64,000 nt of DNA from Hyalangium minutum (GTDB lineage: Bacteria; Myxococcota; Myxococcia; Myxococcales; Myxococcaceae), in contig NZ_JMCB01000003.1 in NCBI RefSeq assembly GCF_000737315.1, positions 372,001-436,000 on the forward strand, written 5' to 3'. The notes below the pieces were generated by a model. The model ran no database searches and had not been told where the DNA came from. It saw only the letters and a program-made list of their open reading frames with translations. Below are positions 17,453 through 28,263 of the stretch, in pieces (within the stretch, counting starts at the first letter, position 1; every line of letters begins with the position of its first letter). Position numbers and translations under genes: made by a program.

Positions 17453-20036
17453 GCTGGCCCCCGGCACGCACATTGCCGATCGCTTCACGGTGGAGGCCCT
17501 CGCGGGGCAAGGGGGGATGGGGGCCGTCTACCGGGCCCAGGACACGCTGACAGGGCGGCGGGTGGCGCTCAAGCTGCTGCACGCTGTCACGTCTCCGGAG
17601 GCGGTGTACCGGTTCAACCGGGAGGCCATCCTGCTGGCGGAGCTGCGCCACCCGGCCATCGTGTCCTACGTGGCGCATGGCAGCACACGGCGGAGCCAGC
17701 CTTTCCTGGCCATGGCGTGGATCGACGGGGAAGATCTGGCGCAGCGCTTGAGGACGAAGCCTCTGAGGCTGCCGGAGAGCGTGGCCCTGCTTCGCCGCAG
17801 CGCCGAGGCGCTCGCGTTCGCGCACCAGCAGGGCATCATCCACCGGGACATCAAGCCGTCGAACCTGTTCCTGCGCGGAGGGCGGGCCGACGACGTGGTC
17901 GTCCTGGACTTTGGCTTGGCGCGCTATGCGATGCCCACGCTGGTGGGGGTGACACGGCGACAGGGAGCGATTGGTTCGCCGGGGTACATGGCGCCGGAGC
18001 AGGCCTCGAACCAGCCGGAGATCCTCCCAGGCGCGGACATCTTCTCGCTGGGGTGCGTGCTGTACGAGTGCCTCACGGGCGAGTCTCCGTTCGCGGCCCC
18101 CACCTTCGCGGCGGCGCTGGACAGGCTGTTGTTCGGCCACCCTGCCCCACTGGAGGCGCTGCGTCCGGGGCTGCCTCCGGGCCTGCAGGTGTTGGTGGAT
18201 CGCATGCTGGACAAGGATCCGCGGCGGCGGCTGCCGGACGCTGCCAGCCTGCTGACCGCGCTCTCGGCGCTCGAGTCGATCCCGGATCTGTTGTTGCCGG
18301 ACTCCCGGATCGGAGTCGCGCAGTCGAGGGCTGCCGATCCGGAGCCCCAGCTCATGAGCCTCGTGCGCGTGGCCTTTCCGGTGGGGACGGCCTCTCCGGG
18401 GGCGGAGTCTCCACAGGAGCGGGCCACGCGTGACGCGGTACGAGCGACGCTCTTGTCCCACGGAGCGCAGGTGGAGGCACTGCCCGACGGCTCGCTCTTG
18501 GGCGTGGTGGAACTGGAGCGGGGCACGGCTGCGGACCAGTCCGCACTGGCCGCGCGCAGCGCGCTGGCGCTCAAGGCGCGTTGGCCCGAACTGCGCGTGG
18601 TGGCCGCCACGGGCGTCGGTGTCTTCCAGGGAGCACTGCTGGCAGGGCCTGCGCCGGACCGGGCGGAGTGGCTCCTGAGCCACTTGGAGAAGAACCCCGC
18701 CGCAGCTTCCCCCGCTTTGCTGGACGATGTGACGGCGGGACTGCTGGACGCGGGCTTCGAGCTCTCGAAGGTGGCCCGGGGACTCATCCGGCTCCAGGGA
18801 GAGAGGAGGGAGCGGGGCGGGCCTCGCTCACTGCTAGGGCGCCCTACCCCCTTCGTGGGCCGAGATCAGGAGCGGGCCCTATTGGAGCTCACGCTTACGA
18901 CGTGTGCGGATGAGCCTACCGCACGGGCCATGCTGGTGACGGGCTCGGTGGGAGCTGGAAAGTCCCGGCTCGTGGAGGAGTTCCTCCGCCGGGTCGAGCA
19001 CCGCGAGCCGCCGGTGCAAGTGCTCTGGAGCCAGGGGGATCCGCTGGAGGTGGGGACCTCGTATGGCCTGGCGAGCCGGGCGCTGCGGCACGTCTGCGGC
19101 ATCTCGAAGGCAGACGATCTGGAGACAAGCCGGGCGCGGCTCGCTGAGCGCGTGGGGAAACACCTGCCCGCCGATCAGGCGCGAGACGTGGCGATGTTCC
19201 TGGGGGAGCTGTGTGCCCTCCCCTTCCCAGAGGAGGACCACGCGCAACTCCGAGCGGCACGAAGCGATCCGCGGCGGATGAGTGAACAGGTGAGCCGGGC
19301 GCTGGTGAGCTTCCTTCGGGCCGAGTGCGCACAGGGCACGGTGCTGTGGGTGCTAGAGGATCTCCACTGGAGCGATGCGGCCACAATCCGGCTGCTCGAC
19401 GAGGTGCTGCGCGAGCTGGCGGAGCAGCCGCTGATGGTGCTCGCGGCGGCGAGGCCCGAGGTGAAGGAACTCTTCCCGGCTCTCTGGTCTCGTTTCCTGC
19501 AGGAACTGCCGTTGCGAGGGCTGAGCCCCAAGGCGGGCACGCGGCTGGTGCAGGAACTGCTGGGCACCAAGGCCGCACCGGACGAGGTGGCGCTGTTGGT
19601 GGATCGCTCCATGGGGAACGCATTGTTCCTGGAGGAGATGATCCGAAGCACAGCCGAGGGCTCCAGCGATCAGACACCCGGTTCAGTGCTGGCGATCCTG
19701 CTGTCTTCGTTGCAGCGGTTGAGCCCGAACCTTCGGAAGGTGCTGCGAGCCGCCAGCCTCTTCGGTCCCACCTTCTGGGTGGGAGGGTTGAAGGCGCTGT
19801 TGGAGAACCAGCTCTCCGAGGAAGAGCTGACACAGAGCCTGCGGCAGTTGGTGGATCTCGAGGTGGTGCAGCTACAGCCCACCAGCCGCTTCTCCGGAGA
19901 AACCGAGTACCGCTTCCGGCAGTTGGCGGTGCGTGACGCGGCCTACAGCCTGGTGCCCGACAGCCTGAGGCCGACATGGCAACGGCAGGCCAGCGCATGG
20001 GTGGACGGAGCCGGGACTGGGACGCGAGCCCGGTAG
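17427..20036 (+). CDS. Paralogous Ser/Thr kinase-AAA protein, C-terminally truncated
   Basis: Same motifs ([30 protein letters not shown]). Colinear with the upstream paralogue up to RDAAYSLVP, then stops about 450 aa earlier. Start is 17427 or 17436. Confidence 0.8.
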   Translation: MVPMPEFHELAPGTHIADRFTVEALAGQGGMGAVYRAQDTLTGRRVALKLLHAVTSPEAVYRFNREAILLAELRHPAIVSYVAHGSTRRSQPFLAMAWIDGEDLAQRLRTKPLRLPESVALLRRSAEALAFAHQQGIIHRDIKPSNLFLRGGRADDVVVLDFGLARYAMPTLVGVTRRQGAIGSPGYMAPEQASNQPEILPGADIFSLGCVLYECLTGESPFAAPTFAAALDRLLFGHPAPLEALRPGLPPGLQVLVDRMLDKDPRRRLPDAASLLTALSALESIPDLLLPDSRIGVAQSRAADPEPQLMSLVRVAFPVGTASPGAESPQERATRDAVRATLLSHGAQVEALPDGSLLGVVELERGTAADQSALAARSALALKARWPELRVVAATGVGVFQGALLAGPAPDRAEWLLSHLEKNPAAASPALLDDVTAGLLDAGFELSKVARGLIRLQGERRERGGPRSLLGRPTPFVGRDQERALLELTLTTCADEPTARAMLVTGSVGAGKSRLVEEFLRRVEHREPPVQVLWSQGDPLEVGTSYGLASRALRHVCGISKADDLETSRARLAERVGKHLPADQARDVAMFLGELCALPFPEEDHAQLRAARSDPRRMSEQVSRALVSFLRAECAQGTVLWVLEDLHWSDAATIRLLDEVLRELAEQPLMVLAAARPEVKELFPALWSRFLQELPLRGLSPKAGTRLVQELLGTKAAPDEVALLVDRSMGNALFLEEMIRSTAEGSSDQTPGSVLAILLSSLQRLSPNLRKVLRAASLFGPTFWVGGLKALLENQLSEEELTQSLRQLVDLEVVQLQPTSRFSGETEYRFRQLAVRDAAYSLVPDSLRPTWQRQASAWVDGAGTGTRAR

Positions 20037-20039
20037 TGA

Positions 20040-20606
<567 letters not shown>

Positions 20607-20624
20607 TCCACCGGGAGAAGCCCA

Positions 20625-21917
20625 TCAGGCCGGCGGCGCGGAGCGCACGGTCTGGACAATCTCGGACAGGGCCACCGGGAACTGCTGGCCGTCCGCCATC
20701 CGCTTGAGCTGACCCTTCCCGCTCTCCCGCTCCGCCTGTCCGAGCACCAGCGTGTAGCGCGCCTTCGTCTTGTCGGCCCGCTTCATCTGGCTCTTCAGGC
20801 TGCCGCCGCGCGTGTCGAACTCCACCTTGAGCCCCTCGCGCCGCAGCTTGCTCGCCAGCGCGAACGCCGCGTCTCCCGAGCCCTCGTCCGCCACCGCGAT
20901 GAACACGTCCGGAGGCGTGCTGAACTTCTGCCCGCTCTCCTTCAGCAGCAGCGTCAGCCGGTCCAGCCCCAGCCCGAACCCCACCGCCGGCAGGTCCGGC
21001 CCGCCCAGGCCCTTCAACAGCTTGTCGTACCGGCCGCCGCCGCCCACCGTGCTCGCCGTCCCCAGCGCCGGGTGCGCCGCGATGAACTCGAACGTCGTGC
21101 GCGTGTAGTAGTCCAGCCCGCGCACAATCTTCGGGTTGACCACGTACTTCACGCCCAGCGCGTCCAGCTTGCGCTTCACCTCGTCAAAGTGCGCCTTGCA
21201 CGGCTCACACAGGAACTGGAGGATGTTCGGCGCCGCCTGGACCACCGCCTGGCACTTCTCGTTCTTGCAGTCCAACACCCGCATCGGGTTGGTCTCGAGC
21301 CGCCGCTGGCAGTCCCCGCACAGCTCCTCCCGGTGCGCCGTCAGGTACTCCACCAGCTTCTGGTGGTACGCCGGCCGGCACGCGTCATCCCCGAGCGAGT
21401 TCAGGTTCAGCGACACCTCCTTCAGCCCCAGCGCCTCCAGCAACTGCACCACCATGTCCATCAGCTCCACGTCCTGCGCCGCCTCGCGCGAGCCGATGGC
21501 CTCCGCCCCAATCTGGAAGAACTGCCGGTAGCGGCCCGTCTTCATCCGCTCGTACCGGAACATCGGGCCGATGTAGTACCAGCGCGTCAGCGGCTCCTGG
21601 TTCGCCACCGAGTGCTCGATGAACGCCCGCACCGCCGGTGCCGTGCCCTCCGGACGCAGGGACAAGCTCCGCCCGCCCTTGTCCTCGAACGTGTACATCT
21701 CCTTGCCGACGATGTCCGTCTCCTCGCCCACGCTGCGCACGAAGAGCGCCGTGTCCTCCACCATCGGCGTGCGGATCTCGCCATAGCCGAACCGGGCAAA
21801 CAGCTCCCGAGTCGTGCGCTCCACGTGCTGCCACACCTCCACCGGTGCCATGTCGCCGCCCAGCTCCCCGGGCAGCAGATCATTCATCCCCTTCACACCG
21901 TTGATCTTCTGGCTCAC
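20625..21917 (-). CDS. hisS: Histidyl-tRNA synthetase
   Basis: VKGMNDLLP, LRPEGTAP, GPMFRYER, GRYRQFFQIGAE, VRGLDYY, GGGRYD, KSQMKRADK. GTG start at 21917 overlaps the psd stop. Confidence 0.97.
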   Translation of the reverse strand: MSQKINGVKGMNDLLPGELGGDMAPVEVWQHVERTTRELFARFGYGEIRTPMVEDTALFVRSVGEETDIVGKEMYTFEDKGGRSLSLRPEGTAPAVRAFIEHSVANQEPLTRWYYIGPMFRYERMKTGRYRQFFQIGAEAIGSREAAQDVELMDMVVQLLEALGLKEVSLNLNSLGDDACRPAYHQKLVEYLTAHREELCGDCQRRLETNPMRVLDCKNEKCQAVVQAAPNILQFLCEPCKAHFDEVKRKLDALGVKYVVNPKIVRGLDYYTRTTFEFIAAHPALGTASTVGGGGRYDKLLKGLGGPDLPAVGFGLGLDRLTLLLKESGQKFSTPPDVFIAVADEGSGDAAFALASKLRREGLKVEFDTRGGSLKSQMKRADKTKARYTLVLGQAERESGKGQLKRMADGQQFPVALSEIVQTVRSAPPA

Positions 21918-22756
21918 ACAATCTCCCCGATGCGCCGCCCCAGCCGCACCACTTCCTCCGGCTGCAGGCCGTCTTCCCACTTCACGCGCTTGGGCTCGAA
22001 CAGCAGGATCACCGTGGACCCCATCTCGAAGCGGCCCAGCTCCCCGCCCTTCTCCACCGGCAGGTGCGTCGAGTACGCGTGCACCTTCCCCGGCTTGCCC
22101 GCGTGGGTGATGACTTCGTCATACGCCGCCTTGATTCGCGACACGCACGTGGCGCCCACCTTCACCACGGCGCACTTGCCCGCCACGGTGTCCAGGTACG
22201 TCACCAGCCGCTCGTTCACGCAGAACAGCGACTGCTTGTTCTTCACGGACGCCGGGTTCACCGGCCAGAACTCGCCCGGAATGTACGCGTAGCCCGTGAT
22301 CATCCCGCCCAACGGCGCGTGGATGCGGTGGTAGTCCCGAGGCGACAGGTAGATCGTCGTCCAGGCGCCCCCGTGGAACGGCTTGGCGGCTTCCTTGTCC
22401 CCGAGCAGCTCGTCCACCGTGTACTCGATGCCCTTGGCCTGCAGGCACCGCCCGTTGTCCGAGTAGCCCACCTGGGACACCCGCCCGTCCACCGGAGACA
22501 CCACCACCTTCTCGCCCGCGTCGACCGGGCGCAAGCCCGGCTTCAGCCCGCGGGTGAAGAACTCCGCGAAGGTGGAGTACCGATCGAACGCGTGCTCCGC
22601 CTCGTCCATGTCCACGTTGTACGCCTTGGCGAAGGCCTTCATCGCCATCCGGTGCACCGGAGCCGGCGCCGGCAACCGCGTGGCCAGCCCCACCGCAGAC
22701 GAGAGGGCGGACTTGGGCAGGAGCTGCATCAACTTCATGAAAGTCTGTTCGTTCAT
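21914..22756 (-). CDS. psd: Phosphatidylserine decarboxylase proenzyme
   Basis: FFTRGLKPGLRP, SPVDG, YLSPRDYHRIHAP, NERL, and the GRFEMGSTVILLFE self-cleavage motif. Confidence 0.93.
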   Translation of the reverse strand: MNEQTFMKLMQLLPKSALSSAVGLATRLPAPAPVHRMAMKAFAKAYNVDMDEAEHAFDRYSTFAEFFTRGLKPGLRPVDAGEKVVVSPVDGRVSQVGYSDNGRCLQAKGIEYTVDELLGDKEAAKPFHGGAWTTIYLSPRDYHRIHAPLGGMITGYAYIPGEFWPVNPASVKNKQSLFCVNERLVTYLDTVAGKCAVVKVGATCVSRIKAAYDEVITHAGKPGKVHAYSTHLPVEKGGELGRFEMGSTVILLFEPKRVKWEDGLQPEEVVRLGRRIGEIV

Positions 22757-22795
22757 ACGTGCGGTATCTCGAATGTCCTGAAGGGAGCAGCCCGC

Positions 22796-23518
22796 TTACT
22801 GCTGAGGCTGGGGGGTGGCATCCCCCGTCGTCGTCCCGCCATCCTTCGTCTCGAAGGTAACGGTCACGGCGCTCTTCGGTAACACCGCGAACACCTTGTC
22901 GTCTTCGATGATGACCACCTGGCCCACGAAGCTCGGGAACTGCTGGCTGCACCGCGCCCGCTCGGCCATCTCCCAGGCATCCCTCTGCCCTCGGCCCGTC
23001 ACGGTGATCGACTTCATGCGCTGGAAGCACCCCAGGTAGCCGGCCGTGAGCTCGGACGCCGGAGAGCCCCTCACGGGACCCTGGATGTTCGGGCCCGCAT
23101 CCAGAGGAGCTGAAGGAGACGGAGGAGCCTGCTCCGGCTCGCCTGGCAGAGGAGTGGACGGGAACGAGTCCCTCTCATTCGCCGCGGCGATGGACGCCTC
23201 CGCTTCCCGGCGCCGCTTCTCCACCTTCGCCTTGCCGTCCTTGATGCGCTGCTGCAGCTCGCGCGCGGAGGACGCGTCCATGCTGTCCGGCGGAACCTGC
23301 GTCAGCAGCGCATCGATCTCGTCCATCTGCGGATCGGTGAACGCATCATCCAGCTGCTGCGCGTACAGCTTGCTGAAGCGCGTGTGGGCCTGCTCGTAGG
23401 CCTCGGACGGCGGGCCGGGCTTCTTGCTGCACCCCACGGGGGCCAGCGCGAGCAGGACGGTGGAGGCCAGGCCCACCAGGGGCCGACTCAGGGTCTTCAG
23501 GCGGGGGTTGCGCACCAT
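22796..23518 (-). CDS. Hypothetical lipoprotein
   Basis: Start ATG 23518 (MVRNPRLK), lipobox LAPVGC, helical region then Pro-rich linker. Confidence 0.7.
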   Translation of the reverse strand: MVRNPRLKTLSRPLVGLASTVLLALAPVGCSKKPGPPSEAYEQAHTRFSKLYAQQLDDAFTDPQMDEIDALLTQVPPDSMDASSARELQQRIKDGKAKVEKRRREAEASIAAANERDSFPSTPLPGEPEQAPPSPSAPLDAGPNIQGPVRGSPASELTAGYLGCFQRMKSITVTGRGQRDAWEMAERARCSQQFPSFVGQVVIIEDDKVFAVLPKSAVTVTFETKDGGTTTGDATPQPQQ

Positions 23519-23614
23519 GGGGCCGGTATATGCCACGGTTCCGGCCGCCCCGCCGCATTTCAACGGGGGGCCCAAGCGCCCTCAAAGGCCCCCCAGAGGG
23601 CCTCCCAGCGCGGC

Positions 23615-24346
23615 TCAGACGCCCAGGAACAGGCGCTTGCCGAAGTTCAGCGCCAGATCCGCGTCGAAGATCTTCTGCGCGGCCGTTTCAATGTCGTACT
23701 CCACGCGGGTGTACTCCACCGTGCGCGCGTCCGTGTCGCAGATGACGAAGCACGCCCGGTTGTCGTAGTCCCGAGGCTGCCCCACGCTGCCCACCGAGAT
23801 GATGTACTTGTAGCCCCGGCGGATGCCGAACTTCTGGGCCACCACGTCATTCACCTCGCCGTTGCCGATCGCGAACGCCTTGCACAGGTGGCTGTGGCCG
23901 ATGAACGTCACCTCCGGCAGCTCCGCCACGAAGGGCGTCAGCTCCCGGGCCTGCTCCAGCGCGAAGATGTACTCGTACGCCTTGGGCTCAATGGGCGAGC
24001 CGTGGCAGAAGCCCACCTCGCCAATGCGGTACGTGTACGGCAGGCTGCGCAGCCACGAGAGGTTCTCCTCCGCGAGCACGCTGGCGGACCAGTCCAGCGC
24101 GTGCCGGGCCGCGTCGTAGTAGTACGAGTAGTCCATCCGCCCGGCCACCGCGGCATCGTGGTTGCCCAGCAGCGTCACCTCCGTCACCGAGCGCACCAAG
24201 TCACAGCACTCGTTGGGCGAGGCCCCGTAGCCGACGATGTCTCCCAGCGAGACGATCCGGTCCACCTTGTGGCGGTCGGCCGTGCGGAGCACCTCGGTGA
24301 GCGCCTCGATGTTGGAGTGGATATCGGAGATGACTGCGATCCGCAT
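23615..24346 (-). CDS. Calcineurin-like metallophosphoesterase
   Basis: SDIHSN, LGDIVGYG, GNHD, HGSP, GHSH, SVGSVGQPRD motifs. Confidence 0.92.
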   Translation of the reverse strand: MRIAVISDIHSNIEALTEVLRTADRHKVDRIVSLGDIVGYGASPNECCDLVRSVTEVTLLGNHDAAVAGRMDYSYYYDAARHALDWSASVLAEENLSWLRSLPYTYRIGEVGFCHGSPIEPKAYEYIFALEQARELTPFVAELPEVTFIGHSHLCKAFAIGNGEVNDVVAQKFGIRRGYKYIISVGSVGQPRDYDNRACFVICDTDARTVEYTRVEYDIETAAQKIFDADLALNFGKRLFLGV

Positions 24347-24370
24347 GGGTTTGCCTCGGCCAGCCGCCTC

Positions 24371-24745
24371 TCAAGCCTCGGGCCAGCGCGCGCGCTCGTG
24401 GGAGATGATCTGCCTGAGCCGCTCCAGACTGGTAGCATCCAGCGGCTCGAACTGCAGCCCCATTCCAGGCGGCCACGACTTGCCATTCTGGCGCGTCCAG
24501 ACGACCTTGGCCATTGTCTGGAAAGCCTGCCCGCTCTCCTCCCCTGCCCCCAGACGGACCGCCGTCCGAGTCCCCTCTCGCATCGGGGTGCTCGTCCGCA
24601 GGAAGAGACCGCCCTCGCTCAGGTTGCCCACCCGCGAGTACAGGGTGACGTTGTCACCCTCGCACCAGCAGCGCATGCGGGATGTCACCCGTCCGGACTT
24701 CCGGTTGTCCATCGAAGCGAGGTCCTCCACAGCAGCGCCTTCCAT
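24371..24745 (-). CDS. Stand-alone PilZ-domain protein (myxobacterial TIGR02266-like)
   Basis: RKSGR (RxxxR) and NLSEGG (N/DxSxxG) c-di-GMP motifs, PPGMGLQF ending; start 24745 with GGGAGAGA RBS (alternative start 24712). Confidence 0.85.
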   Translation of the reverse strand: MEGAAVEDLASMDNRKSGRVTSRMRCWCEGDNVTLYSRVGNLSEGGLFLRTSTPMREGTRTAVRLGAGEESGQAFQTMAKVVWTRQNGKSWPPGMGLQFEPLDATSLERLRQIISHERARWPEA

Positions 24746-24842
24746 TCTCTCCCGGAGGCTTCCAGGAACTTGGAAAAAAGACAGCGTAGGCAGACAGTAC
24801 GCCCGTCTACCACACACCGTCAAGTCCGGGAGAACGGTTTTT

Positions 24843-25766
24843 TCAGGCCTGCAGGGCTGCCAGGTCTTCGAAGTGGGTCAACCGCTTGAATTCACTGAAG
24901 CGCTTGTGAATCTCGGGCTGGGTGAGATCGCGCAGGCGGTCCAGGCTGAAGCGCTCGACGGCGAACGAGGCCATGACGCTGCCCATGACCATGGCGCGGC
25001 GGATGACATCGGGCTCGAAGCGGCCGGCGGTGGCCAGGGTGCCCATGAAGCCGCCGGCGAAGGTGTCCCCCGCGCCGGTGGGATCGAACACGTCCTCCAG
25101 CGGGAAGGCGGGGCAGGCGAAGATGTGGTCCTTCTCGAAGAGGAGCGCGCCGTACTCGCCGCGCTTTACCACCACGCGCGAGGGGCCCATGGTGTGCACG
25201 GCGCGGGCGGCCTTGACGATGTTGTGCTCGCCGGAGAGCTGGCGGATCTCCGCGTCATTGACGAAGAGCAGGTTCACCCGCTTGAGCGTCTTGAGCAGGG
25301 CCTCGCGGGTGCCGTTGATCCAGAAGTTCATGGTGTCGGCGGCCACCAGCTTCGGGCCCTTCACCTGATCCAGCACCTGGGACTGGAGCTCCGGGTGGAT
25401 GTTGCCCAGGAAGACGTAGGGGGCGCCCTTGTAGGCCTCGGGCAGCTTGGGGGCGAAGTCCTGGAAGACGTTGAGCTGGGTGTCCAGCGTCTGGGCCTCG
25501 TTCAGCTGGAAGCCGTACTTGCCCTTCCAGCGGAAGGTGCGGCCCTTCTCCCGGGTGAGGCCGTCCAGGCCGATGCCGCGGGCCTTGAGGAACTGGACGT
25601 GGGCCTCGGGGAAGTCCTCACCCACCACGGCGACCAGCTGCACGGGGTTGAAGAAGGAGGCAGCGGTGGAGAAGAAGGTGGCCGAGCCACCCAGCACCTC
25701 TTCCTTCTTACCGAAAGGGGTTTCCACCGAATCCAGCGCGACCGAGCCGACGACGAGCAGAGACAT
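24843..25766 (-). CDS. PfkB-family carbohydrate/nucleoside kinase
   Basis: GSVALD, GGSA, VKRGEYGA, DPTGAGDTFAGG signature. Confidence 0.92.
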   Translation of the reverse strand: MSLLVVGSVALDSVETPFGKKEEVLGGSATFFSTAASFFNPVQLVAVVGEDFPEAHVQFLKARGIGLDGLTREKGRTFRWKGKYGFQLNEAQTLDTQLNVFQDFAPKLPEAYKGAPYVFLGNIHPELQSQVLDQVKGPKLVAADTMNFWINGTREALLKTLKRVNLLFVNDAEIRQLSGEHNIVKAARAVHTMGPSRVVVKRGEYGALLFEKDHIFACPAFPLEDVFDPTGAGDTFAGGFMGTLATAGRFEPDVIRRAMVMGSVMASFAVERFSLDRLRDLTQPEIHKRFSEFKRLTHFEDLAALQA

Positions 25767-25877
25767 GAGGCTTCCTGGGAGAGAAGGCAGGAGTTGAGAC
25801 TCTCGGCACGGCGCGTCAGGGCAAGACCCGTGCCGCAGCGGGGTACTTCGTTCCCGCGCTCAGGTCAAGACGCCCGC

Positions 25878-27401
25878 TCAAGGAGAGGGCACGGACGGAA
25901 GAAGGGCCTTCAGGTCATCATCCGTGAAGAAGAGGCCGCCGCCGAAGAAGAAGTCCCGGCCGGCGATCAGGCGCTGGGTGGCCGTGTCGCGCTGCTGGGC
26001 GTTGAGGATGTCATCCATGCCGGCCATGACGAACAGGTGCTCGAAGGCCTGGGCGCGCAGGGTGGCGCGCAGCCGGGGGTAGCGCAGCTCCTCGGCGGAG
26101 AAGTTGAAGGCGTCCAGCTTCAGCTCCAGCGCGTCCTTGAGGAAGTGCAAGTCCGCGCCCACGCCACCGGTGGACTCGATGAGGCCGAAGCGCAGGGTGG
26201 TGAAGTAGTAGCGCTTCGCGAACTGGGCGCTGATCTTGTACGTCTCTTTGATGATCTTCTGCGTCTGCACCACCGGCTCGCCGGAGGCGGGCGGGTTGTT
26301 CTGGACCACCTGCACCTCTACGAGGCCCCGGGGATCGTCGATGATCTCGAGCAGGTAGTACTTGTCCGGCTTGGGGATGAGGCGCAGGGACACGCCGTTC
26401 TTGGCGCGGCCCTGGGACAGCAGGTACGAGGCGTTCAACCCCACCTCGGTCTGCATGCCGGTGAGCCGGTTGGCGTAGTCCGTCACGTCCGAGACGGCCT
26501 CGGTGAGCTTCTGGCCCAGCTGCTTGTCGGCCAGCAGCGCGCCCACGGTGCCCTCCCCTTCGCGCACCGTCTGGGTGATCTGCTCCAGGTTGCCCAGGGT
26601 CCGGTCCAGCTTCTGGATCGTGTCCTTCAGGCTGGAGACGCCTTCCTTCAGGTCTCCCTCGTTGGTGCCCACCACGTGCTTCACGGTGGCCAACACCTCG
26701 CGCACGTCCTTGGTGATGCCCTCGATGTTGTTGACGATGCGGGTGACTTCCGCCTCGTTCTCGGCGGTCAGCCCGCGCACGTCCGCGGAGACGCCCTCGA
26801 AGTTGGTGAGGATGGCGTTGAGCTTCTCGCCGCTGGTGCGCACCGTGTTGTCCACGGACTCGGACAGGTGGATGAGGTTCTCCACAATCCGCTGCAGCGA
26901 GCCCGCGCCGCGCTCTCCACCGAGCACGTCCCGCAGCGCCGCCGTCACCTGTTGGATGTCCGCGGTGATCTGGCTGAGGGACTGGAAGACGGCTTCCATG
27001 CCCTGGGTGTCGATCACCCGTTTGATCTGCCCGCCCTCCTCCATGGTAGCGCCCTGCTCGGTGCCAGGGTTCAAGTCGAGCAGGTAGTCGCCCAGCAGGG
27101 ACTCGGAGCGCTTGGTGAGGATGGCGTCCTGGCGCAGCTCCACGTCATTGCGGATGCGCAGCCACACCTTGGCGCGAGTGCCCTCCAGGGAGATGGCGGT
27201 GATCTCTCCCACGGCGATACCGGCGATCTGCACGCGGCTCTTCGCGCTCAGGCCCGAGGCGTCCCGGAAGTACGCGAAGACGTTGATGGACTCCTTCTCG
27301 CTCAAACCTCCCTTCTTCGCGAACACGAAGAACGCGAAGAAGAAGGCCCCAGCGGCGAGCACCAGCAGTCCTACACGGAACGGCGTGACGAGCTTCTTCA
27401 C
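25878..27401 (-). CDS. mlaD: Long MlaD/MCE protein with helical stalk and C-terminal beta-rich domain
   Basis: N-terminal TM, MCE domain (DASGL...V.IAGIAVGEI, LLGDYLLDLNPG), long heptad region, GEGTVGALL, alternating beta-strand C-terminus ending in GGGLFF. Confidence 0.85.
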   Translation of the reverse strand: MKKLVTPFRVGLLVLAAGAFFFAFFVFAKKGGLSEKESINVFAYFRDASGLSAKSRVQIAGIAVGEITAISLEGTRAKVWLRIRNDVELRQDAILTKRSESLLGDYLLDLNPGTEQGATMEEGGQIKRVIDTQGMEAVFQSLSQITADIQQVTAALRDVLGGERGAGSLQRIVENLIHLSESVDNTVRTSGEKLNAILTNFEGVSADVRGLTAENEAEVTRIVNNIEGITKDVREVLATVKHVVGTNEGDLKEGVSSLKDTIQKLDRTLGNLEQITQTVREGEGTVGALLADKQLGQKLTEAVSDVTDYANRLTGMQTEVGLNASYLLSQGRAKNGVSLRLIPKPDKYYLLEIIDDPRGLVEVQVVQNNPPASGEPVVQTQKIIKETYKISAQFAKRYYFTTLRFGLIESTGGVGADLHFLKDALELKLDAFNFSAEELRYPRLRATLRAQAFEHLFVMAGMDDILNAQQRDTATQRLIAGRDFFFGGGLFFTDDDLKALLPSVPSP

Positions 27402-27480
27402 CAGGGGTGACTCCGAGGGGGTCCGGCCGGGGCGACTCTAGCGGTTTGCCGTCCGCGTGCCACCTTTTCCAACCCGAGTG

Positions 27481-28260
27481 TCAGTTCTTGTCGAACCACG
27501 TCTGTAGGAAATTCTTGACCACGGGGTTCTCGGAGTTGCGCAACTGCTCGGGCGGGCCGAACTCGATGATGAGCCCCTTGGACAGGAAGGCGATGTAGTC
27601 CCCTACGTTGAAGGCCGAGGCGATGTCGTGGCTGATGACCACGCTCGTGACTTTGAGCTTGGCCTGGGCCTCCAGGATCATCTCGTCCACGTAGGCGGTG
27701 GTGATGGGGTCCAGGCCCGTGGTGGGCTCGTCATAGAGGACGATCTTCGGCTCGAGCACCACGGCGCGGGCCAGGCCCACGCGCTTGCGCATGCCGCCGG
27801 ACAGATCCGCCGGGAACTTGGACTCCACGGACACCGGCAGGCCCATGATGTCCAGCTTGGCGCGGACAGCGGCGCGCACCTGCTCCTCGCTCCAGCCCTT
27901 GCGGTGCTCGCGCAGGGGGAAGGCCACGTTCTCGAACACGTTCATCGAGTCGAAGAGCGCCGCGGCCTGGAACACCATGCCGAACTTGCGCCGCACCCGC
28001 TCTATCTCCGAGTCGCCCAGGGGGACGATGTCCTCCCCGTCCACGAAGACCTGGCCCTGGTCCGGCTTGAGCAGGCCGATCATGTGCTTCATCAGCACCG
28101 TCTTCCCGGAGCCCGAGCCCCCCAGGATGACGCACGTCTTGCCCTCGGGGACCGTCACATTGATGCCGGTGAGCACCTTCTGGGCCCCAAACGTCTTGTG
28201 GAGATCGACGACCTGAATCATCGGCCGCTCGGCGGCCGTCTCTGGGGCGGCGGTGGCCAT
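27481..28260 (-). CDS. mlaF: Mla-type ABC transporter ATPase
   Basis: GGSGSGKT, FQAAALFDS, LSGGMRKRVGLARA, YDEPTTGLDP, SHD. Confidence 0.9.
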   Translation of the reverse strand: MATAAPETAAERPMIQVVDLHKTFGAQKVLTGINVTVPEGKTCVILGGSGSGKTVLMKHMIGLLKPDQGQVFVDGEDIVPLGDSEIERVRRKFGMVFQAAALFDSMNVFENVAFPLREHRKGWSEEQVRAAVRAKLDIMGLPVSVESKFPADLSGGMRKRVGLARAVVLEPKIVLYDEPTTGLDPITTAYVDEMILEAQAKLKVTSVVISHDIASAFNVGDYIAFLSKGLIIEFGPPEQLRNSENPVVKNFLQTWFDKN

Positions 28261-28263
28261 GCG

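Noticed and set aside
14288-17488. 1066-aa ORF on - strand (and 17082-18683)
   Set aside because: Antisense shadows of the kinase-AAA genes.
25804-25835. CGGCACGG/CCGTGCCG hairpin upstream of the PfkB gene as a riboswitch
   Set aside because: Only one simple stem; no recognisable aptamer consensus.
24237-27410. 1057-aa ORF on + strand
   Set aside because: Runs antisense across four real genes (phosphoesterase end, PilZ, PfkB, MlaD).
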